Of a stretch of DNA of 64,000 nt, positions 20,568-29,844 are shown piece after piece. The notes under the pieces are model-generated. The model searched no databases. It had not been told where the DNA came from and was given only the letters and a program-made list of their open reading frames with translations. The stretch is from Anaerohalosphaeraceae bacterium. GTDB lineage: Bacteria; Planctomycetota; Phycisphaerae; Sedimentisphaerales; Anaerohalosphaeraceae. Where the stretch lies: positions 64,001 through 128,000 of the forward strand of contig CAXXSL010000016.1 in the NCBI GenBank assembly GCA_963675525.2, read 5' to 3'. A program made the translations under genes and the position numbers. Every line of letters starts with the position of its first letter. The first letter of the stretch is position 1.

Positions 20568-22658
20568 TTATTTTTTTGCGGCGTTTTCTTCGCGGCGTTT
20601 GGCGATGATCTCTTCGGCGATCTTAACCGGGACTTTGGCGTAACGCTTCATTTCCATCGTGAAGGTCGCCATGCCTTTGCTCATGCCGCGAATCACCGTG
20701 GCATACCCGAACATGCTTGCCAGCGGGACCTCGGCGTTGACCACGGTAAACGTGTCGCGGGCTTCGGTGCCGAGGATGAGCCCGCGGCGGGCATTGATAT
20801 CACCGACGATCGACCCCTGGAATTCGTTGGGCATTTCGATCTCGACTGCCATAATGGGTTCGAGCAGGCAGGGTTTGGCTTTTCTGAATGCTTCGGTAAA
20901 CGCATCGCGTGCACAGATACGGAACGCCATTTCGCTGGAGTCCACCGCATGGTACGAGCCGTCGTCGAGGCACATTTTACAACCGACGATCTCGTAACCG
21001 GCAATCGGTCCCTTCTTCATGGCTTCGATGAAACCTTTGTTGACAGCGGGGATATATTCGCCGGGGATACGTCCGCTGACAATGTTGTCTTCAAAGTCAT
21101 AGGTGGACTCGGCATCTGTTTCCAGCGGGATCATTCGTCCGACAACGTGTGCATACTGGCCGCTGCCGCCGGTCTGCTTTTTGTGTTTGTAGTTGAAATC
21201 CGACTGCGCTGTCGGGGCCTCACGATAGCTGACGCTGGGAGCACCAACGGTCACTTCGGCCTTGAATTCACGACGCATGCGTTCAACATAGACATCCAGA
21301 TGCAGTTCACCCATGCCGGCGATGATCGTCTGGCCGGTTTCCGGATCGCTGCTGACACGGAAGGTCGGGTCCTCTTTCATGAATCGGCTCAGTGCCTTAC
21401 TCATGCGGTCCTGAGCACCGGAATCCACCGGTGTGATCGACAGGCTGATGACCGGCTCGGCTACAAAAATACTTTCGAGCGAGTAGTTGACGCCATCACC
21501 GCAGAAGGTATCACCGCTGGCACAGTCCACACCGACCAAGGCCACGATGTCGCCGGGGCCGGCGTCGGCAATATCGACCCGGTCATTGGCGTGCATCCGG
21601 ACAATACGACCGATCCGCTGCATTTTGTTGGTGCGGGCGTTGCGATAGTGCCGCCCTTTTTCGATCGTTCCCTGATACACACGGGTATAGGTCAACTGGC
21701 CGAATGTTTCATCGGCGATCTTGAACGCCATCGCAACAACGGGTGCATCCGGATCGCTTTCCAGCGGAACCTCGGTGCCCTCATTGTCGTGGTCGCGGGC
21801 AAACGCCGGACGGTCCAGCGGGCTGGGCAGATAATCACACACCGCATCCATCAGCGGCTGAACACCTTTATTCTTGAACGCCGAACCCAGCATCAACGGA
21901 ACAATATCCCGATTGATCGTCGCCTCGCGAACGGTTTCATAAATCATGGCAACTTGGACGGTTTTGTCTTCTAACAGCAGTTCCATCAAGTCATCGTTGA
22001 ACATGCTCAATGCTTCCAGCATTGTGTGACGGGCGGCTTTGGCCTCTTCCTGGTACTCAACAGGGATGACCTTGCGGATGACTTTCTCGCCGCCGTCGCC
22101 TTCAAACGACAGTGCTTCCATCGTGATCAGGTCGATGACACCCTTAAAGTCGTCTCCGGCCCCCATGTTGATCTGAATGGGAACGATGTTCAGGCCGAGT
22201 TTTTCGCGCAGGTCGCGTTCGACACGTTCGGGGTCGGCGCCGGTGCGGTCCATCTTGTTGATAAAAGCAATGCGCGGGACGCGGTAGCGTTTCATCTGCT
22301 GGTCCACGGTAATCGACTGGCTTTGAACACCGCCGACGGCACAGAGAATCATGACCGCTCCGTCGAGTACCCGCAGCGACCGCTCGACCTCAACAGTGAA
22401 ATCCACGTGGCCGGGGGTATCGATAAGGTTGATGTATTTATCGTCCCAGATGACCTGGGTCGCGGCGGAGGTGATGGTGATGCCGCGTTCTTTTTCCAGT
22501 TCCATAAAGTCCATGGTCGCCCCGGTGCCGGATCCGCGGACTTCCTGCATGCGGTGGATGCGGCCGGCATAGAACAGAATGCGTTCGCTGAGCGTGGTCT
22601 TGCCCGAGTCAATATGGGCTGAAATTCCAATATTTCTGATTTTCCTGATGTTTTCCAT
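20568..22658 (-). CDS. fusA: Elongation factor G, stand-alone (spdEFG1/mtEFG1-like)
   Basis: IRNIGISAHIDSGKTT, ERGITI, DTPGHVDF, NKMD, GMGELHL; GAGG RBS before ATG 22658; not in an rpsL-rpsG-tuf operon. Confidence 0.95.
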   Translation of the reverse strand: MENIRKIRNIGISAHIDSGKTTLSERILFYAGRIHRMQEVRGSGTGATMDFMELEKERGITITSAATQVIWDDKYINLIDTPGHVDFTVEVERSLRVLDGAVMILCAVGGVQSQSITVDQQMKRYRVPRIAFINKMDRTGADPERVERDLREKLGLNIVPIQINMGAGDDFKGVIDLITMEALSFEGDGGEKVIRKVIPVEYQEEAKAARHTMLEALSMFNDDLMELLLEDKTVQVAMIYETVREATINRDIVPLMLGSAFKNKGVQPLMDAVCDYLPSPLDRPAFARDHDNEGTEVPLESDPDAPVVAMAFKIADETFGQLTYTRVYQGTIEKGRHYRNARTNKMQRIGRIVRMHANDRVDIADAGPGDIVALVGVDCASGDTFCGDGVNYSLESIFVAEPVISLSITPVDSGAQDRMSKALSRFMKEDPTFRVSSDPETGQTIIAGMGELHLDVYVERMRREFKAEVTVGAPSVSYREAPTAQSDFNYKHKKQTGGSGQYAHVVGRMIPLETDAESTYDFEDNIVSGRIPGEYIPAVNKGFIEAMKKGPIAGYEIVGCKMCLDDGSYHAVDSSEMAFRICARDAFTEAFRKAKPCLLEPIMAVEIEMPNEFQGSIVGDINARRGLILGTEARDTFTVVNAEVPLASMFGYATVIRGMSKGMATFTMEMKRYAKVPVKIAEEIIAKRREENAAKK

Positions 22659-22995
22659 GTTTTCCTCAAATACTCGTAACTTTAAAGCCGCATGCGGCTC
22701 ATACACATTTTTTTGCCTCGCTCCGGCTGCCTATACACTCCCCACGCAATGATCATAGCGGGTGATAATCTATAGAACGCCAAGCGGGATGTAATAAGAA
22801 CGTCTTGTTTAAATAACAAGAATCTGCGAGTGTATCATAAAAAGAGCATTAGAATCAAGTTAAAAATCATGATAATTCTCTTTCGGCAGAATGACCGGGG
22901 GACATTAATATCCGCAGATGATACCGTTTTTTTCGAGAAACAGGGCTTATTTGTTTGTTTTTTGCGTAAAAACGCAGTTTTTGGTGGTTTTTCTG

Positions 22996-23079
22996 GTGCC
23001 AAATCGCGCCCAAATGGCGCCAAAGTGTACCAAAAATGCGCCAAAGTTAGCCAAAACGTTGCCATTTTGTGCCAAGAAT
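22996..23079. repeat. Eight degenerate GyGCCAAA units with alternating 10/11-bp spacing
   Basis: CC cores at 22999, 23009, 23020, 23030, 23041, 23051, 23062 and 23072. Confidence 0.8.
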
Positions 23080-23522
23080 ACACGAACTCATGGACTCAAG
23101 AAGATTGGGTTTGAATTGGGTTTGTTTTTTTGAGAAACATTCTTTAGTTCATCGTCTTTAGTCCTTAGGATAGGATAAGTTACGGCGATTTGGCTGGTTT
23201 TGAAATTGGGTTTGTTTGTTAAAAAAACAGTCTTGAGGCTTTAGACCTGGGGCATGAGGTTATATGGCTCTATGGCCGGGCGATCAGGTATGATTCGCAC
23301 TCATATAGAATTGTTAAAGTATCATACTATTCAATTTTGTGTATTCTACTGCAAGTTAGATGAATGTCAAACAATTTATCCCAAGAATACAGGAATATTA
23401 TGAATACAAGTATACAAGAATTGTGGACTTCTTCCAGATGGCTGGTTTTATGGGTTTTTTAGACGGGATTTAGGGGGATTTTGTAGAATAGTTGATGTTT
23501 TAAGGAGAATTTCACTTATTGA

Positions 23523-24506
23523 TCAATCTCGAAGGAGAGGTGTGTCATTTTGCTCATCAGTTTGACTTTGCCCACCGTCTGGCCAAGCGCCTGACTTCCT
23601 CCAATTGACTATTCTATGAAATATATCTTCATTTGACATAAGAATATTTGATTTAACGGCCAATCTGGTTCTCAAATCATCTAATGCTAAAGTGTAAGGC
23701 AGGTTGTCTGGATTATTATTCAAACCCGAGTATTCTCTGGATATAGCACGCCATATTTGACACAAACTCATAGCTTCTTCAGGCAACAAATCATCATAAG
23801 GTCTGAAATTAAATTGACATGTCGGTAACGGCCAGCCCAAAAAATATTTAACTAGCTCACCTTCCGATATATCTTTCAAATTAATGCAGTGTGGATATAT
23901 TTCTTGTGACCATTCTATTCCACAAACCCTCGAAGTTTCTATAAGTTTAAGTGATTCAGCTTCAGCTTTTGTTAAACTTCGACATTTATTGATTACTGAT
24001 GCCAACCTTGAATCCGCTGTTACTAAAATTACCCTGTTACACGAAAGTCTTGTTTTCATAAGAATTGCAAAAGCACCTATCACACAATCTGTTGCTCCCA
24101 TGGGGCCCTGGCTTTCTAATGGAAAGAATGCGTTTACAGGAGAAATTAAGTTTGAAAACAAAACATGGTCTGGCTCATGTTCAATCTGAACAATTTTTCT
24201 AATTTTAACTGAATCATTGAGTTTAGAAAGAACGCTCTGATAATCACTATCTGATAGCTGTTTGGATGGATCAGCTTTCAGCTCACCAGACCAAGTGCAA
24301 TATTTGTATTTGTCAATAACCCCTAATGCTTCAGCAATGCAGATACCAGGTGCATAAAGCCTTATATTAGGCCAATTAGTTTCACAAATTGATTTAATTA
24401 ATATCTGGCTTCTTTTTTTTACCGTATCGTCTTTGTGGGTGATGGGACAAAAACCTGCTGCCAAAATGTTTGTATCAACTACAACATGAACTTGCGCATC
24501 ATTCAT
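23523..24506 (-). CDS. PIN-domain protein (putative nuclease) with extra C-terminal domain
   Basis: VVVDTNIL, CIAEAL, GATDCVI and VTADSRL acidic PIN motifs; AT-rich. Confidence 0.78.
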   Translation of the reverse strand: MNDAQVHVVVDTNILAAGFCPITHKDDTVKKRSQILIKSICETNWPNIRLYAPGICIAEALGVIDKYKYCTWSGELKADPSKQLSDSDYQSVLSKLNDSVKIRKIVQIEHEPDHVLFSNLISPVNAFFPLESQGPMGATDCVIGAFAILMKTRLSCNRVILVTADSRLASVINKCRSLTKAEAESLKLIETSRVCGIEWSQEIYPHCINLKDISEGELVKYFLGWPLPTCQFNFRPYDDLLPEEAMSLCQIWRAISREYSGLNNNPDNLPYTLALDDLRTRLAVKSNILMSNEDIFHRIVNWRKSGAWPDGGQSQTDEQNDTPLLRD

Positions 24507-24549
24507 ATTTTTTCCCTTCTAAACTCAAGATTCGCTTCGTTTCCGAGGG

Positions 24550-24578
24550 ATTATACCCTCATAATCTCAATATTGCAA
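24550..24578 (-). promoter_or_regulatory. Sigma70-like promoter of the PIN gene
   Basis: TTGCAA-17 bp-TATAAT on the minus strand. Confidence 0.55.
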
Positions 24579-24672
24579 GGAACCTGTCAATATCTCATGT
24601 CGTAAAAGATTAAATACGAGTTTTCCACCAAAAGCCGCTTGAAATTCACACAACTATCTGTATTATAACCAC

Positions 24673-25680
24673 ATGCAAGAATTCAAAAATAAAATAATCC
24701 TTGGCGACTGTATAACTAAGCTAAATACAATCAACGAGCCTTTCGTAGATTTGGTCTTTGCTGATCCCCCGTTTAACATCGGTTTTGAATATGACAAATA
24801 TGACGATAACAAAGATGCCGGGGATTACGCAGATTGGACCTTTCGGTGGATGCAAGCTTGCAACAAAATCCTCAAAGAAACGGGGTCTTTCTATGTTGCA
24901 ATTGGTGATGAGCATGTTGTTGATGTGAAACTAGCAGCAGACAGGCTAAACCTCTTTTTGCGTAATTGGATCATTTGGCATTATAGTTTCGGTCAACAAA
25001 CTAAAACAAAATTCGCCCGTGCTCATACCCATATTCTTTATTTCGTTAAAAACGAAAAAGAATTCTGCTTTAATGCTAAAGAAACTAGGATTATTTCTGA
25101 TAGACAACGAAATTATAGAGACAAAAGGGCTAATAAAGATGGCAAGATGCCGGATGATGTCTGGGATGAATATCCGAGACTCTGTGGTACTTTTGAAGAA
25201 CGAAAGGGATTTCACCCCTGCCAAATGCCGGAAAGTCTGTTATCAAGAATTATCAGAGTTAGTTCGAATCAAGGTGATTGGGTTTTCGACCCTTTTAGTG
25301 GATCAGGCACTACTTGCGTTGTTGCTCATAAATTAAAACGCAATTACACCGGTATTGAATTATCTCCTGAGTATGCAAAAGAATCGCGTAAGAGAATTAA
25401 ACAATCTGAGAGTCTTCCTGTAATTGGAGAAAATAAGCCTGATTGGAATAGTCATTTAGAGAATGAACTTAAATGGCTATACCATGAAAACAAAGTACCT
25501 ACAGACCAACTCATAAAAGATACATACCTTTTAAATATATTCACTGGGAAATATAACGCACGAATCCATGATGGCCGCAATATATTCACAAACAAAGATA
25601 TTTCCGAAAAATTATTGAAATTACGCAAAAGTGCCAAACTTGGTCCACTAAAAACTACAACCCACCCTAATGAACAATAA
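24673..25680 (+). CDS. DNA N6-adenine/N4-cytosine methyltransferase (beta class) with C-terminal extension
   Basis: ADPPFN (motif IV) precedes HPCQMP and DPFSGSGTT (motif I); AT-rich. Confidence 0.93.
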   Translation: MQEFKNKIILGDCITKLNTINEPFVDLVFADPPFNIGFEYDKYDDNKDAGDYADWTFRWMQACNKILKETGSFYVAIGDEHVVDVKLAADRLNLFLRNWIIWHYSFGQQTKTKFARAHTHILYFVKNEKEFCFNAKETRIISDRQRNYRDKRANKDGKMPDDVWDEYPRLCGTFEERKGFHPCQMPESLLSRIIRVSSNQGDWVFDPFSGSGTTCVVAHKLKRNYTGIELSPEYAKESRKRIKQSESLPVIGENKPDWNSHLENELKWLYHENKVPTDQLIKDTYLLNIFTGKYNARIHDGRNIFTNKDISEKLLKLRKSAKLGPLKTTTHPNEQ

Positions 25681-25746
25681 TTCAATAAACCAAGTTAAGT
25701 GTGTTTCTTAAATCTCAGAGCACCTTGCATTTAAGGACTTTTTGAC

Positions 25747-27414
25747 GTGGGTCAAGAAACGGTAAAAAATAATATCATTCCTGTGCTTGTCGGGTTTGTG
25801 CTTTCGGCGATACTGCTGACGGTTATCCAGACGCCGTTTGAGCTGTCGTACCTGGCATGGACGGCGTGGGTGCCGTTTATGCTGGCCTGCCGGGAGGATA
25901 TTTCCACGCGAAAACTGCTGCTCTGCGCTTACGGGGTGGGGTTGTGTTACTGGTTCGGCAATCTTTACTGGCTCAGCATCGTCACGCTTCCCGGGTATCT
26001 GTGCTTTCCGTTCGTGCAGGCGCTTTACTGGACTGTATTAGCGTATTGCGTTCGGTTTGTCCGGCGGAAAAAATGGCCGCTGTTTTTGGCAGCGCCGGTG
26101 ATCTTCGTGGGTGCCGAGGCCGTTCAGGGGTATCTGGGCACCGGTTTTAGCTGGTATTTCCTGGCGCACAGCCAATATGCCAATCTGCAACTGATCCAGA
26201 TCTGTGATATTTTCGGGGCATTAGGGGTCTCGGTACTGATCGTTATGGGAAATGGATTGATCGCACAATACCTTCTTAAACAAAAACAGTTATCAAAGGG
26301 CTGGCGCATTGAGTTAGCAATCTTTTGTGCCATGCTGGCGGGAAGTTGGTTATACGGAGATAAACGGCTGGCTGAAACGCCGGAGTATTTGACTCAAGGG
26401 CCGCTGGTCGGTTCGGTACAGCCGAACGTGCCGGCCTATGTCAAAGAGGAGATCGACAAAGGGCAGGAAATCCTTGACGGCCTGATCGACAAGAGCGATC
26501 ATTGCATTCAGGCCGGAGCCAAGCTGGTGATCTGGCCGGAAACGATGGTGCTGGCCCCGATGAATCCTCAATTTATTTCCTCACTCTATCGTGATGCACC
26601 GATATCGAGGCAATTTCGCAGACACATTCTCGACTTTTGCAGGGATAACACCTATGTTCTCTTCGGCGCGTCTTCAGTGAACACGAGGCTTGACAATATC
26701 GACCAGTACAACTCCGCTTTTCTATACCGGCCCGATGGACAGGCGGATCCCAAACGCTATGACAAGATCCACCTGGTTCCGTTTGGTGAATACATCCCGT
26801 TCAAGGAATCGGCTCCGTGGATCTACCGATCGATCCTTTTCCTGACGCCCTATGACTATGACTATAATCTAACCGCCGGGACGGACCACACGCCCTTTGC
26901 GGTGAATATCGACGAAACGACCTACCGCTTCGGAGTGCTGATCTGCTATGAGGATACCGACCCGACGGTCACACGAAAACATGTTTTAGACGAAAACGGG
27001 AACAAACGGTGCGATTGGCTCGTAAATATCAGCAATGACGGCTGGTATGTGTTCTTCAAAGACAAAAAAGTGCGGCCAACGGTTGAACTGGCGCAGCGAA
27101 CGGCGATCAGTGTGTTTCGCTGTATCGAAAACCGGATCAGCATCATCCGCAGCGTCAATACCGGTATCAGTTGTCTGATCGAGCCGACCGGAAAAATACG
27201 CAACGATTTTCAAGCCGGCAACCTGCCTGAAACCGCGATGCAGCGCCAGGGCGTGGAGGGCTGGTTTGTTGATACGGTGCCGATTGACAGCCGCATTACC
27301 TGTTTCAGCCGTTACGGCCGATGGCTGGATTGGGCCCTGATCGTATTTTTTGTGGCACTTTTCGGCCTGGCAGTATATGATCGGCGAAGAAATAAACCCA
27401 AAGCAGGAGAATAA
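25747..27414 (+). CDS. lnt: Apolipoprotein N-acyltransferase
   Basis: IWPET, YDKIHLVPFGEY, ICYE, NDGW. Confidence 0.95.
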   Translation: MGQETVKNNIIPVLVGFVLSAILLTVIQTPFELSYLAWTAWVPFMLACREDISTRKLLLCAYGVGLCYWFGNLYWLSIVTLPGYLCFPFVQALYWTVLAYCVRFVRRKKWPLFLAAPVIFVGAEAVQGYLGTGFSWYFLAHSQYANLQLIQICDIFGALGVSVLIVMGNGLIAQYLLKQKQLSKGWRIELAIFCAMLAGSWLYGDKRLAETPEYLTQGPLVGSVQPNVPAYVKEEIDKGQEILDGLIDKSDHCIQAGAKLVIWPETMVLAPMNPQFISSLYRDAPISRQFRRHILDFCRDNTYVLFGASSVNTRLDNIDQYNSAFLYRPDGQADPKRYDKIHLVPFGEYIPFKESAPWIYRSILFLTPYDYDYNLTAGTDHTPFAVNIDETTYRFGVLICYEDTDPTVTRKHVLDENGNKRCDWLVNISNDGWYVFFKDKKVRPTVELAQRTAISVFRCIENRISIIRSVNTGISCLIEPTGKIRNDFQAGNLPETAMQRQGVEGWFVDTVPIDSRITCFSRYGRWLDWALIVFFVALFGLAVYDRRRNKPKAGE

Positions 27415-27420
27415 CGTACC

Positions 27421-28422
27421 ATGAAAACAACCATTTGTCTTTGTATCGCTGTTTTGTTTCTCGGTTTTGCCGGATGTGAGATTCTGTCCGGTGTTGATTC
27501 GTCGTCTTCTGCAAACAGGCTTTCCGCCAAACCAAACGTCGGGGCGAAGACGCTTCGACCACAGGCACTTGCGATCGTGAAAAACGGCCTGACTGGCGAC
27601 AATGCCTATATCCGAAACTATTCCGTCGAGATCATCGCAGAAACCAACTGCCGAAAACTGATGCCGGACCTCCTGCCGCGGTTGGAGGATTCTTCCGTGG
27701 CGGTCCGCTTTTCCGCTGCGTCGGCGATCGGCGATATGCAATTCTTTGGATACGAAAAACAGGTCGGCCGGCTTCTGGATGATACCAATGAAAATGTTCG
27801 GCTCGCCGCAGCCTATGCCCTGGTACGGCTCAATCAACCCCGCTATCATGAAAATATCCGTCAAGCCGCCGCAAGTTCCGACCAAACCGTTCGCGCCAAC
27901 GCGGTCCTGTTATTGGGCAAACTGAAAGACCGGGATGATCTGGACTTATTGTACCAGACCCTCAACGACGACGGCTCATTTGACAAGGTTCGACTTCAGA
28001 CGGTCGAATCGATCGCCCGGCTGGGCGATGAGCGGATCTACCGCAGCAAGTTATGGGCCCTGCTGATCAGCAAGTATGCCGATGACCGTGTCATGGGGAT
28101 TCGAGGCATGGGGGCGCTGGCCAGCAACGAAGCAAGAAACGCGATCCTGACAATGCTTCAGGATGATGTTCAGGAAGTACGTCTGACGGCCGCAGAACAA
28201 CTAGGCCGGTTGGGCGATGACCGCGGCGAAGAGGAAGTCTACCGTTATTTTGAAAGCAATCCCGATCTGAATAGAACTGATATGGCCAATAATATGGCGA
28301 TAATGGCTATCGGACGCATCGGCTCTGAACGCCTGCAGGGTTTCCTGCCGGCAGTGATGGCCAGCCAATCAGAAGTGATCCGTTTATTAGCCGCTCAATC
28401 GACCCTGCTGCTGACACAATAA
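27421..28422 (+). CDS. HEAT-repeat lipoprotein
   Basis: Lipobox FAGC; repeated VR..AA..LG motifs. Confidence 0.85.
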   Translation: MKTTICLCIAVLFLGFAGCEILSGVDSSSSANRLSAKPNVGAKTLRPQALAIVKNGLTGDNAYIRNYSVEIIAETNCRKLMPDLLPRLEDSSVAVRFSAASAIGDMQFFGYEKQVGRLLDDTNENVRLAAAYALVRLNQPRYHENIRQAAASSDQTVRANAVLLLGKLKDRDDLDLLYQTLNDDGSFDKVRLQTVESIARLGDERIYRSKLWALLISKYADDRVMGIRGMGALASNEARNAILTMLQDDVQEVRLTAAEQLGRLGDDRGEEEVYRYFESNPDLNRTDMANNMAIMAIGRIGSERLQGFLPAVMASQSEVIRLLAAQSTLLLTQ

Positions 28423-28611
28423 AATATCTAATCACTTTGTTTTAAATGCCTTATAAAACATCTGCGCCACTTAAAAACCCGGTGTTCAAATGGGGCTTGG
28501 GGCATTCTAAAATCCCTTCTTTACGGATTCGGACCTAAAAACCCGCCGTTTCGTCCTGGGAAAAACCGCAAATCTTTTTAAATTAAAGTACTTAAGGTCA
28601 GGAAAAAAGTC

Positions 28612-28640
28612 TTGACCCATCTAAGAACCTCGCTTAAAAT
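28612..28640 (+). promoter_or_regulatory. Sigma70-like promoter heading the extended mre operon
   Basis: TTGACC-17 bp-TAAAAT. Confidence 0.6.
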
Positions 28641-28747
28641 CCGCAATATTCATAAATACTTCTTTCGTGCCATGGCGGTCGCCAAATTGGTGTTTGGGGG
28701 GCTAAGTGGCGTTGTAACTGTAACCTTTGTGGTGAAAGGGAAGAGTT

Positions 28748-29605
28748 TTGAGCACACTAACGAAACTTTTAGTCGTCTTATTGTCATTATTTGCTATTTT
28801 ACTGTGCGGGATGATGATCGTCTTTGTGGGCATGTCCGACAATTACAAGGACATGTATCAGAATGAAAACGGGCTTCGGAAAATTGCCGATGCCGAGGTC
28901 GCGACCACGAAAAATCTGTACAGTGAACAGATGACCAAGAATGCGGAGTTAAAGGCAAAGCTGCTGGCGGATATAGAAGCGCTGGAGCGTGAAAACAACG
29001 GACTGGTCGCCGACAAGCAAAAGTATGAGCGACTGGCTCAGCAATATCAGAATCAAGCCGATAGCTGGAAAGGCGTGATGGCCGGTTTTGAACAGAGCGT
29101 TCGCAATCTGCAGGCATCGCTGGAACAGACTCAGAGTCAACTGGATGACGCACGGACTCAGGGTATCAAGGACCAGAAGGAACTTAATCAGATCACGGCG
29201 GACCTTTACGAGAAGATCGTCCAACTGCAGGATATGGAAGCCGAACGGCGCCGTTTGCTCGAACAGAAAACCGCTCTTGAAGACAAGCTCAGTTCCACAA
29301 GCACACTGACCAGACCGATGGAAGTCGTTCCGGTCACCCGGCGGAATGAGGCCGCATCCCCGACCCCTCTTGTTACCAGTGCGGATATCAAAGGGCTGGT
29401 GGTAGGACTCAGCGATTCGATGATCCAGCTTTCTGTCGGAACCGCCGACGGTGTTAAAAAGAATATGGTCTTTCACGTAACCCGCGGCGACCGATTTTTG
29501 TGTGATGTTGTGGTCACGGATGTCGATATTAACAAATGTGCCGGCGTGTTGGAACTTGTCCAGCAGCGTCCCCAGGTGGGTGACACGGCAAGTACGCAGT
29601 TGTAA
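28748..29605 (+). CDS. Single-pass membrane protein with long coiled coil and C-terminal beta domain
   Basis: TTG start after AAAGGGA; N-terminal TM; heptad region; SVGTADGVKKNMVF. Confidence 0.8.
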   Translation: MSTLTKLLVVLLSLFAILLCGMMIVFVGMSDNYKDMYQNENGLRKIADAEVATTKNLYSEQMTKNAELKAKLLADIEALERENNGLVADKQKYERLAQQYQNQADSWKGVMAGFEQSVRNLQASLEQTQSQLDDARTQGIKDQKELNQITADLYEKIVQLQDMEAERRRLLEQKTALEDKLSSTSTLTRPMEVVPVTRRNEAASPTPLVTSADIKGLVVGLSDSMIQLSVGTADGVKKNMVFHVTRGDRFLCDVVVTDVDINKCAGVLELVQQRPQVGDTASTQL

Positions 29606-29616
29606 AAGGATAAAAA

Positions 29617-29757
29617 ATGGCAAAAAAAACAATCAAAGAACCCAATGACATTTTCACCGCACTGCTAGCTCTGGCGACTTTGACAACTCTGGCGACCACT
29701 GTTTTTGTCGCTTTGAAATGCTATACGTTTTACGGGACACTGTTTACAATCGGCTAG
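29617..29757 (+). CDS. 46-aa single-TM protein missed by the ORF track
   Basis: AAGGA RBS; MAKKTIKEPNDIFTALLALATLTTLATTVFVALKCYTFYGTLFTIG. Confidence 0.7.
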   Translation: MAKKTIKEPNDIFTALLALATLTTLATTVFVALKCYTFYGTLFTIG

Positions 29758-29844
29758 ACCCCGCGATGATCAAGAAATCGCCGGTAAGATGCATTAAAAG
29801 GATTGGGGTACTGGCACCGGCAATCCAAATTGAAGGGAGTCACA

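Noticed and set aside
20541..21974. 477-aa plus-strand ORF, and similar long antisense ORFs at 26986-27885, 28949-29632, 54563-55291 and 61751-62563
   Set aside because: Shadow frames antisense to well-supported genes, with no motifs of their own.
22996..23079. Sigma54 promoter (TTGGCAC on the minus strand)
   Set aside because: No TTGC at the -12 position; the motif is part of a periodic array.
22996..23230. CRISPR array
   Set aside because: Repeats are 7-11 bp with no unique spacers, and there are no cas genes.
23523..24506. Classical type II restriction endonuclease partner of the MTase
   Set aside because: No PD-(D/E)xK, HNH or GIY-YIG motif was seen; the motifs fit a PIN fold instead.
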